NCBI GenBank assembly: GCA_009691465.1
Contig: SICK01000002.1
Coordinates: forward strand, 9,951 to 73,950
DNA: 64,000 nucleotides
Origin: Candidatus Kaiserbacteria bacterium
GTDB taxonomy: Bacteria; Patescibacteriota; Minisyncoccia; Phycocordibacterales; SBAW01
Direction: 5' to 3'
The position numbers and the translations under genes are program-made. This document shows positions 39,580-47,081 of this stretch, one piece after another. The first letter of the stretch is position 1. Each line of letters opens with the position of its first letter. The notes under the pieces were generated by a model, which saw only the letters and a program-made list of their open reading frames with translations, made no database searches and was not told the DNA's origin.

Positions 39580-39639
39580 GAATCGAACCTACATCATATC
39601 CTCCGCAAGGATACGTCCTATCCATTGAACGACGGGAGC
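39565..39639 (-). tRNA. tRNA-Arg(GCG)
   Basis: Acceptor stem GCTCCCG/CGGGAGC plus ACCA; anticodon arm TATCC-TTGCGGA-GGATA. Confidence 0.93.
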
Positions 39640-39682
39640 CTTAAACCCTGAAAGCTTACAGGGTTTAGCTTGTTTGGGCAAA

Positions 39683-42600
39683 CTAGATTTCGAGGAAACT
39701 CGGCAGAATGCTCACCGATTTTTGTAGAGGGCTCCCGCTGTCGCAGGTCAGAGTAAAGGTGGTGCGTTTGCTGATGGTCTGCGACAGGGTGCCGTTGAGT
39801 GAGCTGGAGAGTACTCCTGCAGCGGTCGAAGAGAGCGTACAGGCGGTGCCGCTTACCCCGCCGCTCCATACCACGGTGATGGTGCCGCGGCGGCGTACCC
39901 GGCTGGGGGTGACCGACAGCGAGAGTTCGGCAGAGGGTGCGTTGATGCAGGCAGAGCCACCGGTGGGGCAGGTCTGGCCCGCAGAGCAGTTGGTCAGGGT
40001 GGCGCCCGAGCAGGAGTCCACCGTCTTGGTGTTGTCGCCCGAGCAGGTGGCATTGTGCAGACAACCGGCCGTCAGTTTGACCCCACAGGCGCTGCTGCTG
40101 TATGAGAGCGAGGTGACCCCGTGCTGGGTAGAAGCGGCGTAGCTCGAGCTCAATCCCATGCTCGTGCGCGTGATATCCATGGTCTGCCCGATTGACACCA
40201 GACCCGCATGTACGGCGGCCTTGCCCACCGCAGAGTCCCAAGTGTAGCTGCCGTTGGCGGTGCCGTTGCCTCCCCAGATGCTTCCAGATGCAGTACCAAT
40301 CACCGTGATGGGTGTGTAGGCAGAGGGGTGGTCGGTAGCGCAGGTGTCGGCGGCGTCGTTGTCGGTGATGGTAAGCGTTGCCGCCGCGTTGCCGGAAATG
40401 GTGTACCCGTTAGGTGAGTTGAGCGTCAGGACGGCAGTCTCGTTCCCCTCGGCTGTCGTGTCGTCGACCGGTGTGAGCGTTACGATGATCGTGCTCTGCC
40501 CGGGCATAAAGGTAACGCGTGCGCTGGACGGATAGTCGATATAGCCGCCGGCGAGCGTGTAGTCGGTGTTGTTCGTCGCACTGCCGGTGATATCAATATA
40601 CACACCAAGAGGAGAGCTATTGGAACCGCCGCGTGTGACGGTATAGGTGCCGGTGGTCGAGGGTTCTCCAGGGCTGCCCGCGGCAGAGATAGAGATGGTG
40701 TTAGCAGGCGGAGGCGTCCCACCGCCGCTGACGTTTACATTGGCGTTGCAGCTGCTGGAGCCCGAGCTGTTGGTGAGCGTGATAGTAAAGGGTACGGCAA
40801 CGGTACTGCCGGTGCTGTTGGTGATGTTGCCGGAGGAGTAGCTGGTGAGGGTTGCGGGGGTTACTGTTTGGGAGTCGACGCAGTTAACTCCGCTGACTTG
40901 GTTCTGATGGCAGACCAGCGTGGCGCCGGTGGCGGCACCACCCACGTTACTCCAACTAAAGGTGGTATTGTTGCCGCTGCTAATCGAGGTAGGGCTCGGG
41001 GAGAGGCTGGAGTTGCCGCTGACCATGCAGTTGGGGGCGGACGAATTGTTTTGATTATTTTGGGTGCAGGTATTACTGCCCGAGTTGTAGGTGTATCCGC
41101 TCTGTGCATTACAGCTGGGGTAGGTACCGGGGCAATTGGCGGGGCACACCGCCGCTCCTTGTGTAGTAAACGCGCCGGTTGCCTGGTTGCTGTAGGTCCA
41201 CGTACCTAATGCGTTGGTGTTGGCCGCATGCACCCACCAGGTATAGGCGGTGCCGGGGTTGAGGTTACTAAAGGTCATGCTGGTCCCCGTGGTGTTGTCG
41301 TTGATGCAGGTGGCGTTGTCGCTGTAGAGCACCCAGTTTGCACCGATGGCCGGGCAGCCGGCGGTGGGCTTGGGGGTGAGGCGTATGGGGTAGAGGTTGG
41401 TGTTGTAGGCGACAGAGCTCCACGTGCCCGAGCAGGTGGTGGAGTTGCTGCACGAACTTGCGGTGATGTTGGGTGGGGGGAGCGGGGTAAAGTTGTGTGA
41501 TGAAGGAGAGCTCCATCCGCCCGCGTTGTACGCATGCACCCACCAGGTGTAGGCGGTACCCGTGCTCAAATTGTTGAAGGTCATGTTGGTGCCGGAGTTG
41601 GTATCGTGGACGCAGGTGGCGTTGTCGCTGAAGGTCGACCACCCCGAGCCGATAGCTGAACAGCCGCCGGACGGTTTGGGAGTAAGGCGCACGGGGTAGA
41701 GTGTTGCTCCGCTCACCGAGCCCCACACCCCGGTGCAGGTGCCGCCGATGCAGTAGCTGGCGGTGACGTTTGGAGCAGCAGGAATGGGGACTGAAATGGT
41801 CACCGGGATAGACATAGTTGCAGAGCCTACCGGGCCACTGCAAGTAAGGCTGTAGGTAGTGTTGCTGGTGGGGTACACGGTGGTGGAGTTAAGGAGCCCC
41901 GAGCCGCCAAAGTTGGAGCTGGCGGAGTCAAACTGATTTTTAGTCCCGCCGTAGTTGTCGTAGCCGCCACAGGGGCCAAAAGGCGTCCAGTACCAGGAAC
42001 AATACACCGCCCTGAATTCTTCGTAATCCTGGCAGGCCCACTCAAGTACTAGCGCCCCGCCGCTTGCCACAGTGGGGTTAGAGCCGGTAGAGCCGGGCGA
42101 ATAGGAGTGGCTTTCCGCCGCTTGACGGGCGCTGTAGCAGTTAGCTCCCGACCCGAGGGCGACGTATGTATACCCCTCGGCTGGTGCGTAGGTGTTGGGG
42201 CAGTAGTAGCCTCCGCCCTCGCCGCCGTCATACTCGGCCGGACCAACATAGGGCCCTAGTTCTTCGCCCGCGGGGTTGATGGTCTGTAGCGTATAGGCCG
42301 TTTTCCCCGCCGTAGAGCCGGCAGGATGGGCGCTAAAGACGGCCATGATGGCAGCACTATTATTGCCAGTGGCCCAGTTGTTACAGCCGGGCGCGCTAGT
42401 AAACGGTGTTTGATCAAGTTCCCCCTTACCCCAAGGGCCTGTTTTGCAGCCTTGCGGCCGCGGAGAGCCGTTAGAGCCGCTCCCCACTTGATTCCACGGC
42501 GAATTGACATTATAGCCGGGGACGCCCTGTTGGGTGCCCAGCCAGGTAGCGGCCGTTTGTGATTGGTCGATAACACTCAAAGACCCGAGGCTCTTTTCCA

Positions 42601-42700
42601 GCCCGCCTTGGCTGATAAAGATTGCTGCAAAGAGGAGGAGCGCCACGCCGCCGCATCGTGCGGCCAAAAAGCGCAGCTCTTCAGGAGTAAGCGGTCGCAT
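39683..42700 (-). CDS. Large Cys/Ser/Thr/Gly-rich surface protein (tandem FN3-like repeats, Calx-beta, LCCL-like)
   Basis: N-terminal TM; two PN.TAS.C...YTWWVHA repeats; VTLTPVDDTTAEGNETAVLTL; IWGG...YTWDSAVGKAAVHAG. Confidence 0.85.
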   Translation of the reverse strand: MRPLTPEELRFLAARCGGVALLLFAAIFISQGGLEKSLGSLSVIDQSQTAATWLGTQQGVPGYNVNSPWNQVGSGSNGSPRPQGCKTGPWGKGELDQTPFTSAPGCNNWATGNNSAAIMAVFSAHPAGSTAGKTAYTLQTINPAGEELGPYVGPAEYDGGEGGGYYCPNTYAPAEGYTYVALGSGANCYSARQAAESHSYSPGSTGSNPTVASGGALVLEWACQDYEEFRAVYCSWYWTPFGPCGGYDNYGGTKNQFDSASSNFGGSGLLNSTTVYPTSNTTYSLTCSGPVGSATMSIPVTISVPIPAAPNVTASYCIGGTCTGVWGSVSGATLYPVRLTPKPSGGCSAIGSGWSTFSDNATCVHDTNSGTNMTFNNLSTGTAYTWWVHAYNAGGWSSPSSHNFTPLPPPNITASSCSNSTTCSGTWSSVAYNTNLYPIRLTPKPTAGCPAIGANWVLYSDNATCINDNTTGTSMTFSNLNPGTAYTWWVHAANTNALGTWTYSNQATGAFTTQGAAVCPANCPGTYPSCNAQSGYTYNSGSNTCTQNNQNNSSAPNCMVSGNSSLSPSPTSISSGNNTTFSWSNVGGAATGATLVCHQNQVSGVNCVDSQTVTPATLTSYSSGNITNSTGSTVAVPFTITLTNSSGSSSCNANVNVSGGGTPPPANTISISAAGSPGEPSTTGTYTVTRGGSNSSPLGVYIDITGSATNNTDYTLAGGYIDYPSSARVTFMPGQSTIIVTLTPVDDTTAEGNETAVLTLNSPNGYTISGNAAATLTITDNDAADTCATDHPSAYTPITVIGTASGSIWGGNGTANGSYTWDSAVGKAAVHAGLVSIGQTMDITRTSMGLSSSYAASTQHGVTSLSYSSSACGVKLTAGCLHNATCSGDNTKTVDSCSGATLTNCSAGQTCPTGGSACINAPSAELSLSVTPSRVRRRGTITVVWSGGVSGTACTLSSTAAGVLSSSLNGTLSQTISKRTTFTLTCDSGSPLQKSVSILPSFLEI

Positions 42701-42866
42701 GCGTCCATTGTACCTCCCAATACAGAAGGCAAAGTCAATTCTCCACAACTATCCTCTCGGTAGGAATCGAGCCTGCATCGCATGGATGGTGCGTCGCGGT
42801 CAGGACTTATCCACGTATTGAATATAGGTCTATATCCACTGTAGATAATTCCTATATAATGAACTT

Positions 42867-43562
42867 ATGGCTGGCGTGCGCTACCCCGAAAAGACGAAGC
42901 AAAAAGCGCTGGAGCTGGTACAGTTAGGTAAAACTTACGCCCAAATTCAAACAAATCTCGCAATCCCTAAAAGCACCCTCTCTGTATGGGTCAACCAACT
43001 TGGAAAGAGGCCCGACCGAACCCGGCAGCTAGCTCACCTACGTGTCGCAAGAATAGCCTCTGCAGCAGCCCTCCGGCGTAGCAAAGACTCTCGTATCGCC
43101 CAAGCCACCCTTGTTGCTACTCAACTTGCCGGCGTAACTCCAATCGACAGAAAGGAAGTCGGGAAAGCCTTACTCGCAATGCTATATTGGGCGGAGGGCG
43201 GCAAACAAGATGGAAATATGAAGTTCACAAATACGGACCCGAACCTGGTGGTATTTTTTATTACTTTGCTGCGCAAACAGTACGCCGTGGACGAGAAACG
43301 TCTCCATGTCGCTTTACAATTACACTCCTACCACCGATCGAAAGATGAGCTTAATTTTTGGTCAAAAATACTACATATACCCGTATCACAGTTTTGGAAA
43401 ATCTATAGAAAACCGCGCGGTGGGCGTAGAACATACCGGAGGAATTCCCATGGAATTTGTAACTTGCACTATGCCTCAAGTTCTATCCAGCGCGAACTCA
43501 TAGCTCTCGGTCGCGAGCTCGCATTAAAAATCAGACCCGAAAATGCAGCCGCACTAAATTAG
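42867..43562 (+). CDS. HTH plus single LAGLIDADG-like motif protein
   Basis: GKTYAQIQTNLAIPKSTLSVW HTH; AMLYWAEGGK; FTNTDP; FWS...I...QF.K. Confidence 0.75.
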   Translation: MAGVRYPEKTKQKALELVQLGKTYAQIQTNLAIPKSTLSVWVNQLGKRPDRTRQLAHLRVARIASAAALRRSKDSRIAQATLVATQLAGVTPIDRKEVGKALLAMLYWAEGGKQDGNMKFTNTDPNLVVFFITLLRKQYAVDEKRLHVALQLHSYHRSKDELNFWSKILHIPVSQFWKIYRKPRGGRRTYRRNSHGICNLHYASSSIQRELIALGRELALKIRPENAAALN

Positions 43563-43580
43563 TGCTATCTTTCTTAAATT

Positions 43581-43652
43581 GCCCTCGTAGCTCAACGGAT
43601 AGAGCGCAGGCCTCCGAAGCCTGAAATCGAGGTTCGATTCCTCGCGGGGGCA
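43581..43652 (+). tRNA. tRNA-Arg(CCG)
   Basis: Anticodon arm CAGGC-CTCCGAA-GCCTG; T arm CGAGG-TTCGATT-CCTCG. Confidence 0.94.
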
Positions 43653-43658
43653 CAAATA

Positions 43659-43904
43659 TTACTTCGTAGAGAGGGCTTTGGCGACTTTTGCTTTGCGGCG
43701 TGCAGCGGTATTTTTGGTCATGAGTCCCCGCTTCATCGCTTTGTCGATCGCTTGGTAGGCCGCTGCTATCGCTTTGGTATCCCCTTTTTGGGCCAGACGC
43801 ACGCCCTTAAGCGCAAGGCTCAAAGCTTTTTTGCGCGCGTCATTAAAAGCCTTCTTGCGCAGTCCCGCGCGATGGGCTTTCTTGGCGGATGTGGTGATAG
43901 CCAT
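43659..43904 (-). CDS. rpsT: 30S ribosomal protein S20
   Basis: SAKKAHR...AIDKAMKRG..KNTAARRK. Confidence 0.93.
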   Translation of the reverse strand: MAITTSAKKAHRAGLRKKAFNDARKKALSLALKGVRLAQKGDTKAIAAAYQAIDKAMKRGLMTKNTAARRKAKVAKALSTK

Positions 43905-43932
43905 ACAGGAGCGATACTACTATACTAAGTGC

Positions 43933-44520
43933 ATGATAGGCAAGCTCACGGGTGTGTTGTCCGGGCCTCCGCAAGACGGCGTGGTGCTGGTCGATGTGCA
44001 GGGTGTGGGCTACTGCGTACGAGTCCCGCTTGCGTTGCTGCTCGCCGAAGGCTCTCCGGTCTCCTTATATATACATACCGCTGTGCGCGAGGACGCCATC
44101 GACCTCTACGGATTTTTGTACGAGGAGGAGCTCGCCTTCTTTCGTCAGTTGATGAGCGTATCCGGTGTGGGCCCCAAGACCGCCCTGTCTATTATGAGCG
44201 TGGGCGAGCCGGCGGCGCTTAAGCGCGCCATTGCGGCGGGCGATGCGGCGGCCCTGCACAAAGTGTTTGGGATAGGGCGCAAGAGCGCCGAGCGACTGGT
44301 GGTCGAGTTGCGCGACAAAGTGCTCTTGGGCCGACACGCACCCACTGCAGCTGCACCAGGAACAGAAGGCGATGCTGAAGTTATCGAAGCCTTAATGGCA
44401 CTCGGCTACAGCGCGCAAGAATGCCGCAAAGTCCTGCGCGACCTCGGAGCGAGCGAAGGGGGCATCAAGGACCGGCTCGGGGCGGCTCTGCGCAGGCTCG
44501 GCTCCCCCACTCACGCATGA
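43933..44520 (+). CDS. ruvA: Holliday junction branch migration protein RuvA
   Basis: MIGKLTG, GVGY, VREDAIDLYGF, VSGVGPKTAL, GIGRKSAERL, ALMALGY. Confidence 0.96.
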   Translation: MIGKLTGVLSGPPQDGVVLVDVQGVGYCVRVPLALLLAEGSPVSLYIHTAVREDAIDLYGFLYEEELAFFRQLMSVSGVGPKTALSIMSVGEPAALKRAIAAGDAAALHKVFGIGRKSAERLVVELRDKVLLGRHAPTAAAPGTEGDAEVIEALMALGYSAQECRKVLRDLGASEGGIKDRLGAALRRLGSPTHA

Positions 44521-45785
44521 TAGGACTTTTACGCAAGATTATTCCGGCGCCGCTCTTGAGCGCCTACCATTTGGTGCTTGCCCACGCAGGCGCAGTGGTA
44601 TATCGCTTCCCCTCTCGCGAGCTCGTGGTAGTCGCGGTCACGGGCACCAAGGGCAAATCGACCACGGTCGAGCTTGTTGCGGAACTCTTGCGCGTCAGCG
44701 GCAAAAAAACTGCCTCTGCAAGCACTATCCGTTTTTGCATCGACGGCGTGTGCGAGCGCAATCTCTACAAGATGACCATGCCGGGGCGGTTTTTCTTGCA
44801 GCGGTTTTTGCGGCGCGCTGTTGATGCCGGTTGCACGCATGTGGTCGTCGAAATGACCAGCGAGGGCGCGCTCCAGCACCGGCACAAAGGGGTCGAACTG
44901 AATGCGCTGGTGTTTACCAACCTCCAACCCGAACACCTTGAGCGCCACGGCGGGATGGAGGGGTATGCGGCGGCCAAACTCTCGCTGGCCGAGCACGTGG
45001 CCAACTCCCCCAAGCGCCCGCGCATTATCGTTGCAAACAGTGATGACAAATACGGGCAGAAGTTTTTGGAAATCGAGGCCGACCTCAAAGCCCCCTACTC
45101 GCTTGCAGACGCCGAGCCGTACAACACCGATGACAAGAACGTGCGCTTTGTGTGGCGCGGCGAGCTCTTTACGGTGCCACTGCCCGGAGTATTTAATGTA
45201 TACAACTGCCTGGCGGCTCTTACGCTCGGCGATGCGCTTGGTCTAAAAAAAGACGACATGAAGCGCGCGCTCGAACACCTGCCGCCTATCGCAGGCCGAC
45301 AAGAGCGTGTCGAGTGCGGGCAACCCTTTGCCGTTGTGGTCGACTATGCGCACACCCCCGACTCTTTGCGTGCGCTGTTTGAAGCATATACTTCGACTAC
45401 GCTCAGCACAGGTAAAAATAAAAGAATTATTGCGGTCATCGGCTCTACCGGCGGTGGGCGCGACACCTGGAACCGCCCCGAAAAAGGCAAGATTGCCGAG
45501 CAATACTGCGACGTCGTCTATATAGCCAACGAGGATCCCTACGACGAAGACCCGCAGCAAATTCTCACCGCCATCGCCAAGGGATTTAGTATCAAAACAC
45601 CGCATCTCACGCTTGACCGCCGAGCGGCCATCGCCGCGGCGCTCAAAGAAGCACGCGAGGGTGACGCGATATTAATCACCGGCAAGGGCACCGACCCGTA
45701 CATCATGGGCCCCCGTGGCTCCAAACAGGTGTGGAGCGATGCAGGGGTGGCGGGAGAAGAGCTGAAAAAGTTGGGATACAATTAA
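44517..45785 (+). CDS. murE: UDP-MurNAc-tripeptide synthetase (MurE-like)
   Basis: VTGTKGKSTT, EMTSEG, FTNL..EHL, VDYAHTPD, EDP..EDP, DRRAAI, TGKG. Confidence 0.88.
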   Translation: MIGLLRKIIPAPLLSAYHLVLAHAGAVVYRFPSRELVVVAVTGTKGKSTTVELVAELLRVSGKKTASASTIRFCIDGVCERNLYKMTMPGRFFLQRFLRRAVDAGCTHVVVEMTSEGALQHRHKGVELNALVFTNLQPEHLERHGGMEGYAAAKLSLAEHVANSPKRPRIIVANSDDKYGQKFLEIEADLKAPYSLADAEPYNTDDKNVRFVWRGELFTVPLPGVFNVYNCLAALTLGDALGLKKDDMKRALEHLPPIAGRQERVECGQPFAVVVDYAHTPDSLRALFEAYTSTTLSTGKNKRIIAVIGSTGGGRDTWNRPEKGKIAEQYCDVVYIANEDPYDEDPQQILTAIAKGFSIKTPHLTLDRRAAIAAALKEAREGDAILITGKGTDPYIMGPRGSKQVWSDAGVAGEELKKLGYN

Positions 45786-45788
45786 GGT

Positions 45789-45995
45789 ATGGCAGACGAA
45801 CCAGCTCCGGGGGGACATTACGACATCCTCTTTTTTGTAGGCGGCATACTTTTGGTGCTCGTTGCGCTGTGGTACTACAACGGCGGGCCACAAAAAGCTG
45901 ACCTGCGAGGGCTCTTCTTGGCACCACCTGCTCCGGTGGGCACCGGTAATGCCTACGGACCAACGCCCGGCGCCACCACCACACAAAACCACTAA
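45789..45995 (+). CDS. Small membrane protein
   Basis: One TM helix; operonic spacing with its neighbours. Confidence 0.6.
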   Translation: MADEPAPGGHYDILFFVGGILLVLVALWYYNGGPQKADLRGLFLAPPAPVGTGNAYGPTPGATTTQNH

Positions 45996-45998
45996 CCT

Positions 45999-46397
45999 AT
46001 GCTCAACCCCTTCCCCGACCTGTTGGTGTTCTCCTTCTTTGGCCCTACCTTAATCCGCGTTGCCGTAGCGCTCGCTTTTTTCTACATCGCGTACGGGCAG
46101 TCGATGCGCCGGCACGAGATAGCGCAGATGGAGTTCCCCGTAGTTGGGCGCAGCGCGCGCATCACCGCACTGTCGGCCGCATTTTTTGTGCTGGTCGGCG
46201 GCATGCTCTTTTTGGGCTATCACACGCAAGTCGCCGCTATCCTTGCACTGCTCGGGCTCATTAAATGTCTGGTCCTAACAAAATGGTATCCGCGCCTCAT
46301 GCCCATCGACCGCACCGCGCTCGTCCTTCTTATAGTCATGTGCCTCTCGCTCCTGATTTCCGGAGCCGGAGCCTACGCCTTCGACCTACCGCTGTAA
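45999..46397 (+). CDS. DoxX-like membrane protein
   Basis: LIRVAV...LGYHTQVAA...GAGAYAFD. Confidence 0.75.
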   Translation: MLNPFPDLLVFSFFGPTLIRVAVALAFFYIAYGQSMRRHEIAQMEFPVVGRSARITALSAAFFVLVGGMLFLGYHTQVAAILALLGLIKCLVLTKWYPRLMPIDRTALVLLIVMCLSLLISGAGAYAFDLPL

Positions 46398-46436
46398 GCT
46401 TTAAAATAGAGCGCTATTTTGATATAGTGCGGTCAA

Positions 46437-46509
46437 GCGCCCATAGCTCAGTTGGTAGAGCGGCTCCCTTTTAAGGAGATGGTCCTTGGTTCGAATCCAA
46501 GTGGGCGCA
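46437..46509 (+). tRNA. tRNA-Lys(TTT)
   Basis: Cloverleaf; anticodon loop CTTTTAA. Confidence 0.95.
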
Positions 46510-47058
46510 CTAGAGTTTTAATGCAAAGCGTTCTAGGAGGAGCTCCAGCTCCCCCGCGCCGCGGTGAGAGTCGTGGTAGAGGCGCACCAGCTCGCGAGAG
46601 AGGCCAATGTCTTTCATCGCACGAGCCTTCCAACACATCAGGCCCGCGACCATTTCGGCTTTTTCTCCCGCACCAAACGCACGCATGAGCCCCAACCAAA
46701 GGTTTTTCTTATCTTTTTTCCCCAGCGCTTCGGCCACGCCAAAGTTATCAAAACGATACTCTTTCTTCTCCGCTTTCTCTATCTCTATCTTGGCACCCGC
46801 TTTTTTAAGCGCCTCTGTTTCGGCCTTGAGCAACTTTTCTTCTACAAAAATAAAAGTGTGCGGCGACTCGGCCAACACTTCCAATAAATCCAAAAACTCC
46901 TCGCCGCGCTCACTGTTCAAAGCACCCTCGAGCACAAAGGTTTGGTTACCTCCAAAAAGCGCGGTGGTCGACGCCATAGACACCAGCTCCTCGCTCGTGA
47001 TCTCGGTCCACTTGAGCTCCTCGCCTTGTGCAGATTTTCCAACAACAGCTTTTATCAT
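46510..47058 (-). CDS. Reduced DNA polymerase III delta-like protein (tentative)
   Basis: ALFGG N-terminal motif, F.VAEAL..KD and C-terminal ELLLERF resemble HolA; only 182 aa. Confidence 0.55.
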   Translation of the reverse strand: MIKAVVGKSAQGEELKWTEITSEELVSMASTTALFGGNQTFVLEGALNSERGEEFLDLLEVLAESPHTFIFVEEKLLKAETEALKKAGAKIEIEKAEKKEYRFDNFGVAEALGKKDKKNLWLGLMRAFGAGEKAEMVAGLMCWKARAMKDIGLSRELVRLYHDSHRGAGELELLLERFALKL

Positions 47059-47081
47059 ATTTTTCTTGCCCCGTTAGAAGT

